A DNA stretch of 64,000 bases, taken from the NCBI GenBank assembly GCA_030704615.1, contig CM060733.1:53320001-53384000 (forward strand). The letters run 5' to 3'. Every line of letters begins with the position of its first letter. The first letter of the stretch is position 1. The notes under the pieces were generated by a model, which ran no database searches, was not told the DNA's origin, and worked only from the letters and a program-made list of their open reading frames with translations. Made by a program: the position numbers and the translations under genes. Below, one piece after another: positions 26,101 to 40,100 of the stretch. This stretch comes from Takakia lepidozioides (Eukaryota > Plantae > Bryophyta).

Positions 26101-27059
26101 GGGCAGACTAGCACAACAGCAACTTACTTTTAGCTGCTGTTGTAACTCTACCTTGCAGATGGACTCATCATCCTCTTCCCATGTTCCAAGCATGGACTTG
26201 GGTGCAATCCCATGGCTCCCATCAAAAAAGTGCCAGGTTAAACAACACTGTGGGACCTTGCTGTTAGATTTGAGCCCCCCACCACTAGTGCTGACTGGGC
26301 TGAGCTGGGTTTGTTGTTGCACATGTGCTGTGGCCAGCACGTTTGTGCAATGTAAGGCAGAGAGGGACTGTAGGCCTTCTGCAAACCTGTGAGAGAGAGA
26401 GAGAGAGAGAGGGAGAGGGGGCGCCGCCGCCATGAGGCTGGTGGTGCAGTCCAATCCCGCCTGCGTGGACACCCCACACACACACACGCACAGGGAGTGC
26501 GGTACACTCTACTTCTCATCATGCCCCCCACTGCGCTCCGCTGAAACGGCCCTCTCCCTCCTGTCCTCTCTTGCCCCCCCCCCCCCTCTATAACGCCGCT
26601 GCCCTCTACTACCCCTCCCTCTCCCTCTCCCTCCCATCCTCTTATTCATCCCTCCCTCTCCCCCCCACCCTCTTATCCCTCCCTCCTCCCCACCCTTTAT
26701 CCCTCCCTCTCCCTCTCCCTCCCAGCCTCTTCTTCATCCATCCCTCTCCTTCTCCCTCCCAGCCTCTTATTCATCCATCCCTCTCCCTCCTCCCCTCTTC
26801 TACATCCCACACTAACCTGGGGCATGGATGCCTATGTACATGCTCTTCTTATCTCTTGTCTATATCACATGCGCATGCGCCGGGAATGGTGCTTTGAACT
26901 CAAGAGCGTTACGAAGTGGAGGCCGGTCGACCATGTTATTGCCGCACTTTGTGGCATGGGTGGTGTTTTACGCAATTGCGGATTTGACTACTTGAAACAC
27001 CTCCACTATGGTACTTCGAGACCGGTCCGATGGATTGTACGAGTGGAACCAAATGCACA

Positions 27060-27570
27060 ACCGGCATAGTGGGTATCTTGTCCGAAATGGGTTATGTATA
27101 CCTTTTTCGATAAAAGGAGCCTGAAATGCATTAGTACGAAGTGGGTGAGCTCTTCCGATAAAAGAGCATGAAATGATTTACAGCTCCCACATAAAGTCCA
27201 ACCCATATGGGAATACCGGTCTGAAGTGGGTTAGCTTCCGATGGAAGGAGCCTGAAATGATTTAGGGCTCCGGGTATGAAGTGAGTGAGGTCTTCCCATA
27301 AAAAGAGCCTGAATTGATTTACGGATACCACATCAAATCCAACCCACAAGGGTATTCCTGTCTGAAGTGGGTTAGCTCTTCTGAGATATAAGGAGCCTGA
27401 AATGATTTAGGGCTCCGACGTAAAGTTGGGTAGGGTGAGGTCTTCCCATAAAAACAGCCTGAAATGATTTAGGGTTGCCTTATAAAGTCCAACCCACATG
27501 GGTACGCCTGTCTGAAGTGGGTTAGCTCTTCCTATAAAAGGACCCTGCGATGATTTAGGGTTCCAGCATG
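27060..27570. repeat. Degenerate tandem repeat array
   Basis: About 7 copies of gtgggt.ag.tcttcc.ataaaa.gagcctgaaatgattta at alternating ~50-85 bp spacing, with a higher-order unit containing aagtccaaccca...gtctgaagtgggttagct. Confidence 0.8.
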
Positions 27571-29599
27571 GAGTCCTACTCACAAGCCAATTGAGGATGA
27601 AGTTTCTGAACTCATCAGGTTCTGGTCTTTGCAACCTTTCATTAGTAGGTCTATGGATATGAAGAATTCCACTACTGCAGTAGAAGCCAGATATGGTAAT
27701 GATTTTCTCCCATAATGTCCACCTTGTTTCTTGGCAAGAAACACCAAACTTTGGATGCAGCTACACTCCCATTGATGGCCCTATATTTGCTACTGTAGAT
27801 CCATTTCAAATCATTTCACTTGACAAGAATATTCATATGCAAACTGCCATTGATGGGGAAATGTCTCTACAAACACATAAACCCTATCTTTGGGCCACCC
27901 CTGGCTGACGTCTCCTCCCCTTGTCTCTCTTGCAAACAAATTTTCGGAGAGGAGTAGATCCGGCCAGCCATGGTGTTCGTCACACCATACACCCACAACC
28001 ACAAATGGCGGACGTTTCAAAAATGGATTGTGTTTCTATTCCGGCGCGCACAACATCAGCCTTTTACTTGCACTCCCTATCAACCAATTTCCACTCCCGC
28101 ATCCATACCCACCATCTCACCCTTGCTTGTCTCCTCCTCCAACACTTGACCTCCCACCTGCTTCTGTTCTTCAAATTTTAGGGTTCCCAACATAAGACCT
28201 AGTAAATATTAATCAATTAATTGGTTTTGGTATTAATTGATTAAAACCAAAACAGAAGAGCGGAGAAGAGCTCCATTCACACCGGCAAGAGGGGGGAAAG
28301 GGTTCGGTGGGTGGGGGCAGGACAGGTGCCCACTGACAGCGGAGGACAGGTGTACCAGCGTACCAACCCTGCGCGGCGACTGCGCCGACCCACGCCAAGC
28401 CGCGCGGCGCGTACGGTCGCCGCGGTGATGCCTATCATGAGGTCAATCACCGCATCATGGCATAAAGGCCATGCCCGCATCATGAGCTGGTCCTCCGGAT
28501 CGTGGCCGTCCAAAGTAGGGCAACCGGGGCCTGCGAGCCGTGGATGGCACATGACAGGTGGAGGGAAAGCATGCATCCGACATGATGCCAGAGATGCATG
28601 GCCATGCGCCCACGAGATCGGGAGCGACCAGAATGTCGGCATGATGGATGACAGGGCGGGCCCACCCGCGATCATGCCGACGGGCGACGCTCGCCCGGCC
28701 CGGGACCGCTCCGCGACAGCCCGCGCCGGATTCGCTCCCGGCGGTGTGAACACGGCAGCCGCAGGCCTGTCCGCCTGCGCGCTGTCCGGGGACACGGCGC
28801 CCGCGCCGCGTGTGTGCCCGAGATCACCCGGGCAGAAAGTCTGCCCGCGGGGAAATATTTGTCGGCCCCGCATGGATCCCCCGCGGGATTTTCGTGCCGG
28901 CCCGTGGATTGTGCTGCCCGGCCCGGTTGCAAGTATCTAAGGCCACCTGTTTTCAGGCAACAGTGCAGCTGTCGGAAATCGCATACCGTGGTTGAATTCG
29001 GGAGCCCGCAAATTGTGTTTCGAAAGTAAGTTAAGATCGATACGTTTCAGCAGTGTTTCCGGAACATTGTTGGTTGTAAGATTTTGCGCGACCACGGTCA
29101 AATCCTCTTGAAAAATTGTTGGAGACTAAGATCGCTTACGCCCACTTCCTCCGCAGTCGTCGCACACAACCCCAATGTTGGTCCATGAGGGTCATCATCA
29201 TTGAAATGATTCGCGACGTTGTCAAACATATTTCACGATATGTCGTCGCTCTGATTTCCGGATAACTTATAATATACAACAACAAACACCCACTAAATCG
29301 TAGTAGAGATGCATCCTGCGTGCCGCCTTCGCACCATCATGACGCAGAACAAAGAATCTCCTACCCCCCTCCACCATCATTTTCCACATACCCCCCTAAA
29401 CATCAAAAACTGTTCGCTTCTTCCCCCACCCATCCCATCCCATCCGCGCGCCGTCCGTGCCCTTCCCATGTACGCAATATCAGACCAATTTTACGAAAGA
29501 AACCCAAATAGTTTTTAGTACTCGGTTGCGGAGTCGACTTCGTCCCAAGTGAGTGGAGAACTGAAAAAGCAAATGATTCATTCATTCTCTGAGGGAAAA

Positions 29600-30100
29600 T
29601 TGGGGTGGGATTTTGGACAGAGGACGATGAAGAGTATGTACTTAGGGACTCCCTAGGGGAGGGACGAGAGAGAGAGGAGGAGGGTGGATTGGGGTGGGTT
29701 AGGAGAACCAGGGTGGAGGGGGGGGAGGGGTTAAGGGAGAGAGGGAGTGTTAAACGTGTGGGGGCGGCGGAGGGTGGGAGAAGAGTGTGGGAGCCTCGGT
29801 CTCGCTCTTGGGCCGCAGCCACCATTCTCGCAACTGCCATGGCTATGGTGGCGGCGTTGTCTGCGGAGATGCCAAAGGCATGAATGCTGCAGCTGCCATG
29901 TTGGGCTCTGCTGCATTGCGCGCCATGCATTCCCAGAGAGAGAGAAGTAGAGGGAGGAGCTTAGAGAGTTTGAGCACTAGGATCGATTGACAGAGGTGGA
30001 GAGTTGAGTTTCTTCCTGGCTGAGCAGCTGCGAGTTTCGTCAAGTTGAGAGGAGGGTGGAGGGAGAGGGAGGGGGAGAGAGGGAGCGGGGATGTGGTGAA
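29600..30100 (+). promoter_or_regulatory. GA-rich putative promoter/5' leader of the C3HDZ gene with clustered upstream ORFs
   Basis: Strong purine (GA/GGA) skew, with ATG-initiated short ORFs at 29839-29883, 29880-29990 and 29884-29964. The transcription start is not known. Confidence 0.45.
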
Positions 30101-31144
30101 GATGTCGTGAAGCTGGGGGAGTTGTAGCGGTTGGTTACCATCTTCGCCCGCCTAGCAAGGTTCTTACGCTCACAATGTCGACTCTTCTCTCTAGCAGTGT
30201 CGGTCTTGCTGGTTGTTTGTCTCTAGAGGGTCGCAACGTGGATTGCAGACTTGCTTCGTACTGCTCGGTATCTTCCGACGCTTTGTACAGGAGGTAGTGG
30301 AAGCAATGGAGATTGGTGATAAATGTGGGTGGAGAAGAGGCTAGATTTTGTGTTAGTGGAAGCAAATGGGAAGGTAGCACGTTCGTTTGCACGCGGCGTA
30401 TTTCTGTTTCTTTCTTCTGGTGTATCTGAGGTTGAGTGTCCAGCATTTTGGGCATTTGTGCAGTTTCCAGCTCCTGCGGCGGAGGGAGAGAAACAGAGTT
30501 CTGCAATGCAAGGGTAGTGCCTGACACTGTTCCAAAACAAGCTGATGGGTTACAGTTTCGGTATTAGAGAGATGTGGAAAAGTGTGATCGTCACAGTAGC
30601 CTTCAGTATTCAGTCTTTGGTCGTCCGCCATCAGAAACCTTCAGCAGCTTTTTGGTGTGTCCTCGATTGGTAGGATGGCCCTCAAAGTCCTATGAAGACC
30701 TATGTTGATAGCCTCGCGAAAATCTGGTTCGCTCAAACCATAGCCGTTTGTATTAAAGATCTACAATCAGTTGGAAATGTTGCCAGATCTTTTGACCGCA
30801 TTGGGCGGGTGTTGTTTTAGTGGGGTGAATCTTTATCCTTGAACCAAGCAGTAACCTCCTGTGAGTGCGTGTGATTCGCTCCATAACCAGCTTAAGAACT
30901 TCGTATAGACCTAAACGAAACGATAGGGGGAGCAGGAAGATGGACTAAAATTGTACGAAGGACGGTATGAAATCAGTCTCGCAGGTTGACTAAGCCTGTA
31001 TGTAACTTTACCTGTACGTCATTTTGAGAGGTAGGGGTCGCAAGAAAAAATTGCTGGTCGGTAGTACACATTTTGCGATTGAAGAAACCACTGGAGACTA
31101 ATTGGAAACCGAAATGCAGGAAGGAAGACAAGGAAGGGGGGGGG

Positions 31145-34100
31145 ATGGATGCATCGGGAAAATATGTGCGCTACACCAACGAGCAGGTGGAGGCGCTGGA
31201 ACGCGTGTACCATGAATGCCCGAAACCCAGTTCCATTCGGAGGCAGCAGCTCATCAAGGACTGCCCCATTCTTTCCCACATTGAACCCAAGCAAATCAAA
31301 GTCTGGTTCCAAAATCGACGGTGCGCCACATACACTACCCTGTCAATAGTATCCGTCTGCGTCATGAACTCTCCAGTGAGCAGGCTAGAGATGAAACCTC
31401 TGATGCTATCCTGCTGGGTGATTCTGCTATGTCAGCATTTAAAGCTTCACAGATGATTGATATCTTACACAGTGACTTCAAGCCAGCATACTGCGCAACC
31501 ACCACCCTCCCATAACATTCCCATAATTAATTCACTTTCCTACGCTATTCTTAACATCTCGAGAAGTGATATCTTACTGAAGTGCCCGCATACTTCGCAA
31601 GCATCACTCTCCCGCAACATTCTCGTAGTTTATCACTTCCCCGCTCGATCCTTCACATCGTGGCTCCCGAGCTGTGAATTTGGATGGTTTCAGAAGGAGA
31701 CACGTTAATTTCTTAAGCAATTGTTTGGAATGAGGACTGTCATCAGTCTTGGTAAAGGGGATCTCATTTCATAGAAGTTCTGACACGTTCTCTGATGGCA
31801 TGGACAGTAAATTCAATCATGAAATTTTTTCCCTGGGGATTTTGCCTCCTAACAAGGGTGTAGTGTGCCACTGAGGGTGCTACACTTAAGTGGTCGGCAG
31901 ACCCGTAGTGTTTACATCTTCAGTGCTTCCTTTATCATAGACAAAAGCTGGGTTGCCAGGGTTAACTGCAAGTGTGGCAGTTATCATGGAAGCCAGCATC
32001 TGCTGGTGGACTATACCTGTAACATTTTATCCTGATGTGACAGTGCCTCAGGCTGACTTGATGAACTTTTGCTCAACCACTCTCCCACTCTTTTGCCACA
32101 TTCTCACTTGCTTTCTCCACTTCCTATAACCTATCTCTTCACATTCTCTCAGGGAATTACTGACGTGACTATTTGGATGGTAAGTCTGGGTTCCTTTGCT
32201 AGAGGCAAGACTTCCAATTTACACGGGCGTGTAAACTCTTCAAAGTTTTGTGAATTTTAGTCCATGCACTCTCAACTCAAGAAGTAGCTTCAACAACGGA
32301 CAGGTGTAGTCTATGGCGAAGTTTAACTGGGTGAGATTGACAAGAGACTCGCCTGCATGCAACTGTCTAGAAACTTCATCCTCCAACAAATCTTGTTATG
32401 GGATGCACCAAAACGTAGTATGGAATGAGAGTGCTCAGTGGGCTGGGGAACTGACTCAAGGTCATTACAAGGGTCCAGGTGCCGGGAGAAGCAGAGGAAG
32501 GAAGCAACAAGGTTGGTGAGTGTGAATGCAAAGCTGACGGCATTGAACAAGCTGCTCATGGAGGAAAATGAGCGACTTGCAAAGCACACATCCCAACTCA
32601 CCCTTGATAATCACTTCCTACGCCAGCAAGTGCAGCAGCTTACAGGAATCCCTGGCAAGTGCCGCCTCCCAGACCAGGTTGGTTATTAACATATGCCATC
32701 CTATCAAGTTGTCAACTCCACTAATGGAGGAATTTTATGCAAGTCTTTGGGATGTCAAAGGGTAATCAGCCTTTGTCTGTCTTTAAAGTCAGCTAAGAGT
32801 GACAAATGAGCTTAATCTCAAGCTCTCATCCAGTGGGGGTGTTTGCATACTTAGTGCATAGTTTGTCCGCATTGCAAATTGTGATTGTATGGAAGGGATC
32901 AGGGAATTGAACTCCCCACATGACATGAAGAGAAGCGAAAATGAGCCACCTACTATCTCGCAACCGACTGAGACTTGGGTGTCATGGAAGTTCCTAGAAC
33001 TTACTATACAATGAGGGTCTGTGATAATGAAAAGGTAGCTTGGGACTCTTGGAAAGAGCTCAGGTAGGATGTATGCTAGCAGATAAACAGTAGGCGACAT
33101 GTTTGGGCGCGCATAGGTGCTGCAGCAATCTATGAAGGAAGAAAGGGGACTCACTGTCATAGTAGGCGGGCACAACGGAGGGGACGAGGTTTCAACACAA
33201 GGTTGTATGAATGTGCGGGTGCATGCGCAGGCTGCTATGGCCTCCACTGATACCAGCTCTGAGTCAGTCGTCACTGGTGGTTTGAACCCACATCCTACTC
33301 CCCAGCATTCCCCCCGTGATTCAAGCCCTGCTGGGTCAGTCTCTCTCTCTCATGTTTGGTCCTCTCTCATGTTTTCTTCCATTTGTCCCATAAGCTCAAT
33401 GAGCTTTCCGCGGCCGTTATAAAGCACCATTTCATTTCATTTCTCTCTCTCTTTCTCTGCGGACGTTTTAAAGTCCCATTTCTCATTTCCTTTTCCATGC
33501 AACATTTTGGATATTATTTGTTCCTTTCACTCTGAAATTCCATTGCCATTGGAGTTCCGTACTTCTGCAGTATCTCTTGGGGCTTACGAGCCTCCTGCGG
33601 ACAAAATAATTATTCTGGACTTCCTGTTGTTTTTTGGCAACAGTGGATATTAGTAAAGTTTCTTTTCTTTTCCCCTTTGTCAGTGTAGCTGTCAGTAGTT
33701 CAGGTGTACCAGTGGGCTTCTCTGCGGTGCATGGGTGCTGTGATGTGTTTTGTGAAACTGCAAACCTGATGTCTGGTGTAGTCTTCCTTGGGAACTCAGT
33801 GGTTATCATGTGTCAGGCAGGGGTGGAACAGTCTTTGATCAAGACGTGAAGATGTTATATGTAGTAGCAGTAACTTCACTTTTGGTTGCAAAGGTGAAAG
33901 GACTCCATGTATTGCAGCCACCCTCTGGCTTCTCATGTCCACAAGCGTGTGATGGCAGACTGTTGTCTATTGCAGAGGAGACTTTGCAAGAGTTTCTTGG
34001 GAAGGCCACTGGTACTGCAGTTGACTGGATACAGTTACCGGGTATGAAGGTGTGTGCAGGAGGATGATTGTGCAGAAAAATATGATGTTTTGCTGATGTG

Positions 34101-37100
34101 AGTTTGAGTATTTTGTCAGAGTGAAGTACTCTGAGAATTATACAAGGTTAAGGATGCAAAATCTTCTGGGTGTAGGCAGATTTGTATATGTAGCTTGTGT
34201 TTTTTGAGGATGAACCTCTCATCAGCCAAGTACATCCAAGGGGGCCATAGAGCACATCTAACAATGTAAGGGGGCATTGGTTAGGCTGATTTATAGACAT
34301 AATCTGAGAGTTGCTGAGACTACTATGTGAAGGACAGGGACAATGGTCCTAGCTGGGTCCACAATTGTTTCCTGTGTCAGCCAATCTTTGAAGGTTGAAC
34401 ATATTCCTTGCAACTAATGTCATGAAGGGGTTGGTGATGGGTGTGTTCAGCCTGGTCCGGATGCCATTGGCATTGTCGCCATATCTCATGGTTCTCCGGG
34501 AGTCGCGGCGCGAGCTTGTGGCCTGGTGGGGTTAGAGCCCAGCAAGGTACCCGACTTCCTATTCAATGTTGTTGTAGGGTGCCTTCTATTAAATGTTCCT
34601 TGTTCCCGCTCAAACTGGGCGCGGGGTCAATGGCCACAAGGCAACGGCTAACAACGTCTTATGAGTACAATATTAAATGTGAAGTTGGAAGCTAGAATTT
34701 GCTGTAAAGACGCCTATTACCCTCTTACTTGGGCAACAATTCAGTCCTGTAGTCTATGGGACTTCTACGCAATGGATGACCGCAAGTTTTTTTCTGGGAG
34801 TTTTGAAATCAGACTTTGTTTCACCTTCACTGTGCTGGGAAGTCCAATCAAAGACACTCTTGAGCTATTCATGCAGAGGATCTGCCTCTGTTATTGAAAG
34901 CTTCTATACTTAGTAGTGCATATAAAAATGCGCTGATTGGGAAACTACATCTGAAGAGTGAATGTGAGCAGGTCTTATATGAAAGGTGATGGATGGATGA
35001 CCTGGTGGCTTCATGTGGAATAGGTCGCAGACATCTTGAAAGACAGGCCGTCTTGGCTCCCGGATTGCCGGCGGTTAGATATATTGGGAGCTTTCCCTAC
35101 AGGGAATGGGGGAACTGTGGAGCTAATATACACTCAGGTCAACAAGCTATATACCTTCAAGATTGTATTTTAGGTCTTGCAGCTTGTGTGAGCATTTTAC
35201 ATGACCTACAGACCACCAATTTGGGTCCCTGATATATGGTTTGGGAGTGGAATTGCATTTTCCATAAAGCTCTTAAAGTTTGTCAGTCACCTGTGGAACG
35301 TATTTTCAAATATATCTTATGGCTCTTCACATGCATGATCCAAGTAACGATGGTCAACTGAAGGGGCAGATGAGATTAGAAGAGATGTTGTAATTCTCGT
35401 CAAGTAGTTCTGGACCCTTTGGTTTCTACATTACCTAGGTTTCTTTTTTGGGCCTTGGAGGTTATGTCAGTGGACAATGATATCTGATGCAGCCCCCATG
35501 TCCAAACAGATGTATGCGCCCACAACTCTGGCACCTCCAAGGGACTTCTGTACATTGAGATACACATCTATTTTGGAGGACGGAAATTTGGTGGTATGCT
35601 CTCATGGTTTGCACATGAATCCATTTCTGTTCTACTATGGTTAACAAGTTTCTGACAAATAGAGTATGTAATGTTTGAAGAAATTCCACACCCTCTCTAT
35701 CTCTCTATCTCTGGAAACGGGGACAAGGGCCGCTAGTGTCGTAGTAGTACATTCCATCTCTCGTGTGCACATTATGAAGCTCCTGTCTTTTCCAATGGAG
35801 GAGTGGGAAGGCCTTATAACTCCAGAAATCACTAAGATCTCCCGAGATGAGTGTATATCAAAGGAAAAAGAGAATACGGAGATGCATGTGGGTTGGATTA
35901 GCAGACAGCAAGGAACGGGTTAGCACTGATCAGAAGACATTGAATTAGCTCTTCTTTGCCATATTGACATGGAAACGATGTTATCAGCCGCATGGAAATC
36001 CTTGAAGCCAAGATGCTAAGGTTTGTCAGGATTTTGTTACATACTCAACTATGGTGTTTGCAGATTTGTGAGAAATCATTAACTGGAGCACAGGGAGGAC
36101 CAACAATGCCTCCTGTTCAGTCTTTTGTGAGGGCAGAAATGTTACCAAGTGGGTACTTGATCCGACCATGTGAAGGAGGGGGCTGCATTATTCATGTTGT
36201 CGACCATGTGGATTTAGAGGTTAGTGCTCCAGTCACTCTGGTATTTGCACCACCAATTTGGTCTCGTCATTGGTTGTTCTCACAACCTCTTTGACACTGT
36301 TCTAAAACAATCTTCAGTTTTCTTCTTGTGGTTATTCTGTCAAATACCCACACATCATGATCATGAGTGATGTCCATCAGGACCATCATCTGGTTTCTAT
36401 TGCAAAGTGTCTGCCTGCATGGAGAATGTAGTTTTGTTTCACTCCTTTTTCAATTTTACAAGGCTGACTCCCACAGTGACATCGGTCCTAGGTGTGTGCG
36501 CTTCACTACTTCACACCCTTGCCTTCAACAAGTTCTGTCGACGTTGGATTCTAAATTATTGAGAGTTGGAACTCCTGATTATAATAAAAGAACTGACAAA
36601 ATAGATTGTGTTGTAACATCCCATAGATGCTGCTGTTGTTCCTCTTGTCATTCAGTTATAAAGTATAAGGTAAAATAAAGTAACATTACTTTAACAATTC
36701 TTTTCTATTGCCACTGTGGATGCCTTAGATTTTTCCTCACATAACTGTGTACCAAAAAAGTAGAAGTGAAGTATCTTTTAAATCACCTCGCCCTTGTGGA
36801 ACAGCTTTCAAGGCAGTCAAGTTCAAACATTTTCAGCACCTCAGATTGGCTGAGCATCCAAGGGCGCCTTTAGCATTTGATAGAGTAAATGGGTGTGTGC
36901 AGCCATGGAGTGTACCAGAGGTGCTGCGGCCTCTCTACGAGTCTTCCCCTGTTCTGGCGCAGAAGACAACAATTGGGGTGAGAACTCCCATTGGCCGTGT
37001 TCATGTCAAATGGAGTGTATGTATTTGGGGATCCTCCCTGTCATGGTCTATGTAGATGTTAGTACCTTGTCTGGTTATTAGCAGCATTCTCAGCATTATC

Positions 37101-40100
37101 GTTATGTTGTGGGTGATACTTGCTTGGCTGGCAGGCATTGCGACATTTGCGGCGGCTAGCTCAAGAGGCCAGTGGGGAGGTGGGTTCACGAAGTGGGCAA
37201 CAACCAGCTGTGCTACGTGCTCTTAGTCAGCGCCTAGCAAGGTAGGTCATTCTCTGGGTGCTGGAGGGAAGTCGGTGGGGTATTTGAAGAGTAGGCAGCT
37301 AGATGCAAATCTTCTGAATAGCAGGAGTGCTAGCTGTGCAAGTACAGTGCAGCAAAAGCAAATGACTGTATGTGCGAAGCCAAGTATCTGATGTGGTAGT
37401 CTGTTTCTGGGGGTGCAACTGGTGCTACAGGGGCTTTAATCAGGCCGTAAATGGGTTTGCGGATGATGGCTGGGCTGCCACAGTGAGTGACGGCATGGAT
37501 GATGTCAGTGTAGTGCTCAATGAGGCTCCTACCACCAAATGTGTTGGAGGACAAATGGCATCAGCAGACAGACTCCTTTGCTCTCTTGGTGGAGGGATTT
37601 TGTGTGCAAAGGCATCCATGCTCTTACAGGTTAAGTCGATAGTATTTTCAGTTGTCTTCCGTCCATGTGTGGATTTACTGTCATCCGTCTTTCCGTTCAG
37701 ACACGGTTTGCATATGAAGACACAATCATGTGATGTACTGATAGAATCCTAAATGCTCACATGCATGCAATTTGTATACCAATACACGGCAATGGTGGTG
37801 GCATTCCCTGCTTTGCTTTTAGAACTGTAGTGGCAGAGTTGCTTTTCTTTTTTCTGTTTCCATTCGTCTGTTATGGAAAGTACATCTAGAAAGATTATTG
37901 TTAAAATCTATCTGAAGTAGTAGCTGAAATGCAGAATGTGCCACCAGCACTGTTAATACGGTTTCTACGCGAGCATCGATCAGAGTGGGCTGATTGTGAT
38001 ATCGACGCTGATGCTGCCGCTGCTTTCCGCAGTACGAGCCATGGGGCCTCTCGTACTGGCAGTGCTTGTCATGCACAGCTGCCCCTTCCTCTGGCTCATT
38101 CTGTGGAACAAGAAGAGGTTCTCATTCTGCTGTCCTTATTGCAAGTTAGAATTGGTGGGCAAGTTGAATTTGATGTCATTCTTTTGCTGAGGCTGTAAAT
38201 GTTAATGACCATGGCTGCCAAACCCAGTTTTGCCCACTGTTCCTGGCTGGCTCATGTGTGTTGTCATTCAAGACAGGGCCTTCATCTGCAAATGAGTTCC
38301 AGGGAGTGTCTGGGGCCTTCCTTATAAGAGCTGGAGAAAGGAGCCCATGATGCAGACATGGTACCTGATTAGTAGTTTTGACTTGTGTGGTTTGCTGAGT
38401 TGTGTAGTTTTTGGAGGTGGTAAAGTTGGAAAGACATGGAGCTGCATCAGAGGGTATCCACTTGAGGGACAACTTCTTACTCCAGGTGCAGTTTTCCTCT
38501 TAGAAAATTCTGGCTTTTATGCTAGTTGTCTCAGATTTTGAAAGCAGCCAGATCCGGTGACTCCACAAAGAAGTCTCTCTTCTCATAGGTGGGTGGTTGA
38601 GAATAAGGTCCGATTCCGATGGCCAAGAAGTGGATTTTGGTTGAGTGTATGTGGGGATGACACGTAACTTTTTGTATATTGATGGTTCTGGAACAATGTC
38701 TTTTGGAAGTCTCATGGGATGAGGGATCTCATGTGTCGATATCTTGACTCAATACTAGATGCGTAGCAGTTTCAGCATTTTAATCAGGAACATTTTTGGC
38801 ACTATTGCTGAGCATGCCTGGCGGCTGTATGAGGTTGTTGACAATTGGGACTGGCATGGTTTGGATGGGAGACAGCTGTGTAGTGGGATCGATGAAAGTG
38901 CAGTGGGAGCATGTGCCCAGCTTGTGTTTGCTCCAGTGGATGTGGCAGTGTCCGATGATGTTCCTCTTCTCCCATCGGGTTTCCGTGTCATTCCTCTAGA
39001 CTGTGGTCTTACTGTGAGCATGCTGGACTGTTATACTTCCTGTGATTTATCTCCTACAGGTCATTTGCACTTCTTGGCTACTTATGGTTAGGATCCGGCC
39101 GGGTAGCGCCGTCTTTTCCGTTCATGTGAAGATTCGCTTGGACCTAGTTGCATTCTCATCAATTTGAGTTCCTGATGGCGTTGAATGTATATCGAGTAAA
39201 TAAGATGCAGAACTCCAATCTTCCCTGACAGTGGTCAGCAACTTCCCCAAAGTACCTGAGGCTTCATTCTCATTGATCAAGCCACAATCCTTCAATTGAT
39301 CTCCAGAAGCACATTCATCATTTTGAAGATTTTCAACCCTGCATGAATGGCAAGATCCCCACATTTATCTCAGCGCAAGGGTTGTTACTTGACAATCAGT
39401 TCTTAGGAGCTCACAGGGACTGTGCATCATGCAGGATGGGTTCGGACTTTCACGCACGCTTGATTTAGCATCTACTCTGGAAGGGGGAACAGATGCAAGC
39501 CGGTTGGCGTGCGGAGAGAATGGTGGGGGTCCTAATGGTCATTTGCGATCAGTACTGACTATTGCATTCCAATTCACATATGAAGTGCATACACGTGACA
39601 GTTGTGCAGTCATGGCCCGTCAATATGTGCGCACTGTTGTTGCCTCAGTGCAGCGAGTTGCAATGGCCTTAGCCCCTTCTCGCATGGCTTCCCACCTGGG
39701 CCCCCGGCATTCACCTGGCTCCCCAGATGCCATGGTATTGGCACGTCGGATCCTGCAGAGTTATCGGTATTGAATCTTTCAGCCACCTTGGTCCTGGTTT
39801 TTGTTGTGGTGTGTATCCTGTGTGTTCAGGCAGCCACAGGATATTATGGGGTCATGGAAAGCCAACGCGGGGATTACATGTGGCTTACAACCCTAAGCAG
39901 TGCTGTTGGGTATCTGATTATCTAAATTTGTTCTCCTTTTGATATAGCAAGTAGAATGTCGCTGCATCTTAGGTTTCCTGGGTTCACTGTAGACATGGAG
40001 CTGGGCTAGGGCCCCTTTATCTAAAATACGCAAAATCCACATGTGATCTCTTTCATACTGGGTCTATGGTCACAATGTTGCCTTCTAAGTTAGGAAGAGA

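Noticed and set aside
26571-26897. 108-aa Pro/Leu/Ser-rich ORF
   Set aside because: Translation of a CT-rich low-complexity tract.
28277-28940. Overlapping 198/209-aa ORFs on both strands
   Set aside because: Expected from stop-codon scarcity in GC-rich DNA; no recognisable domain or splice structure.
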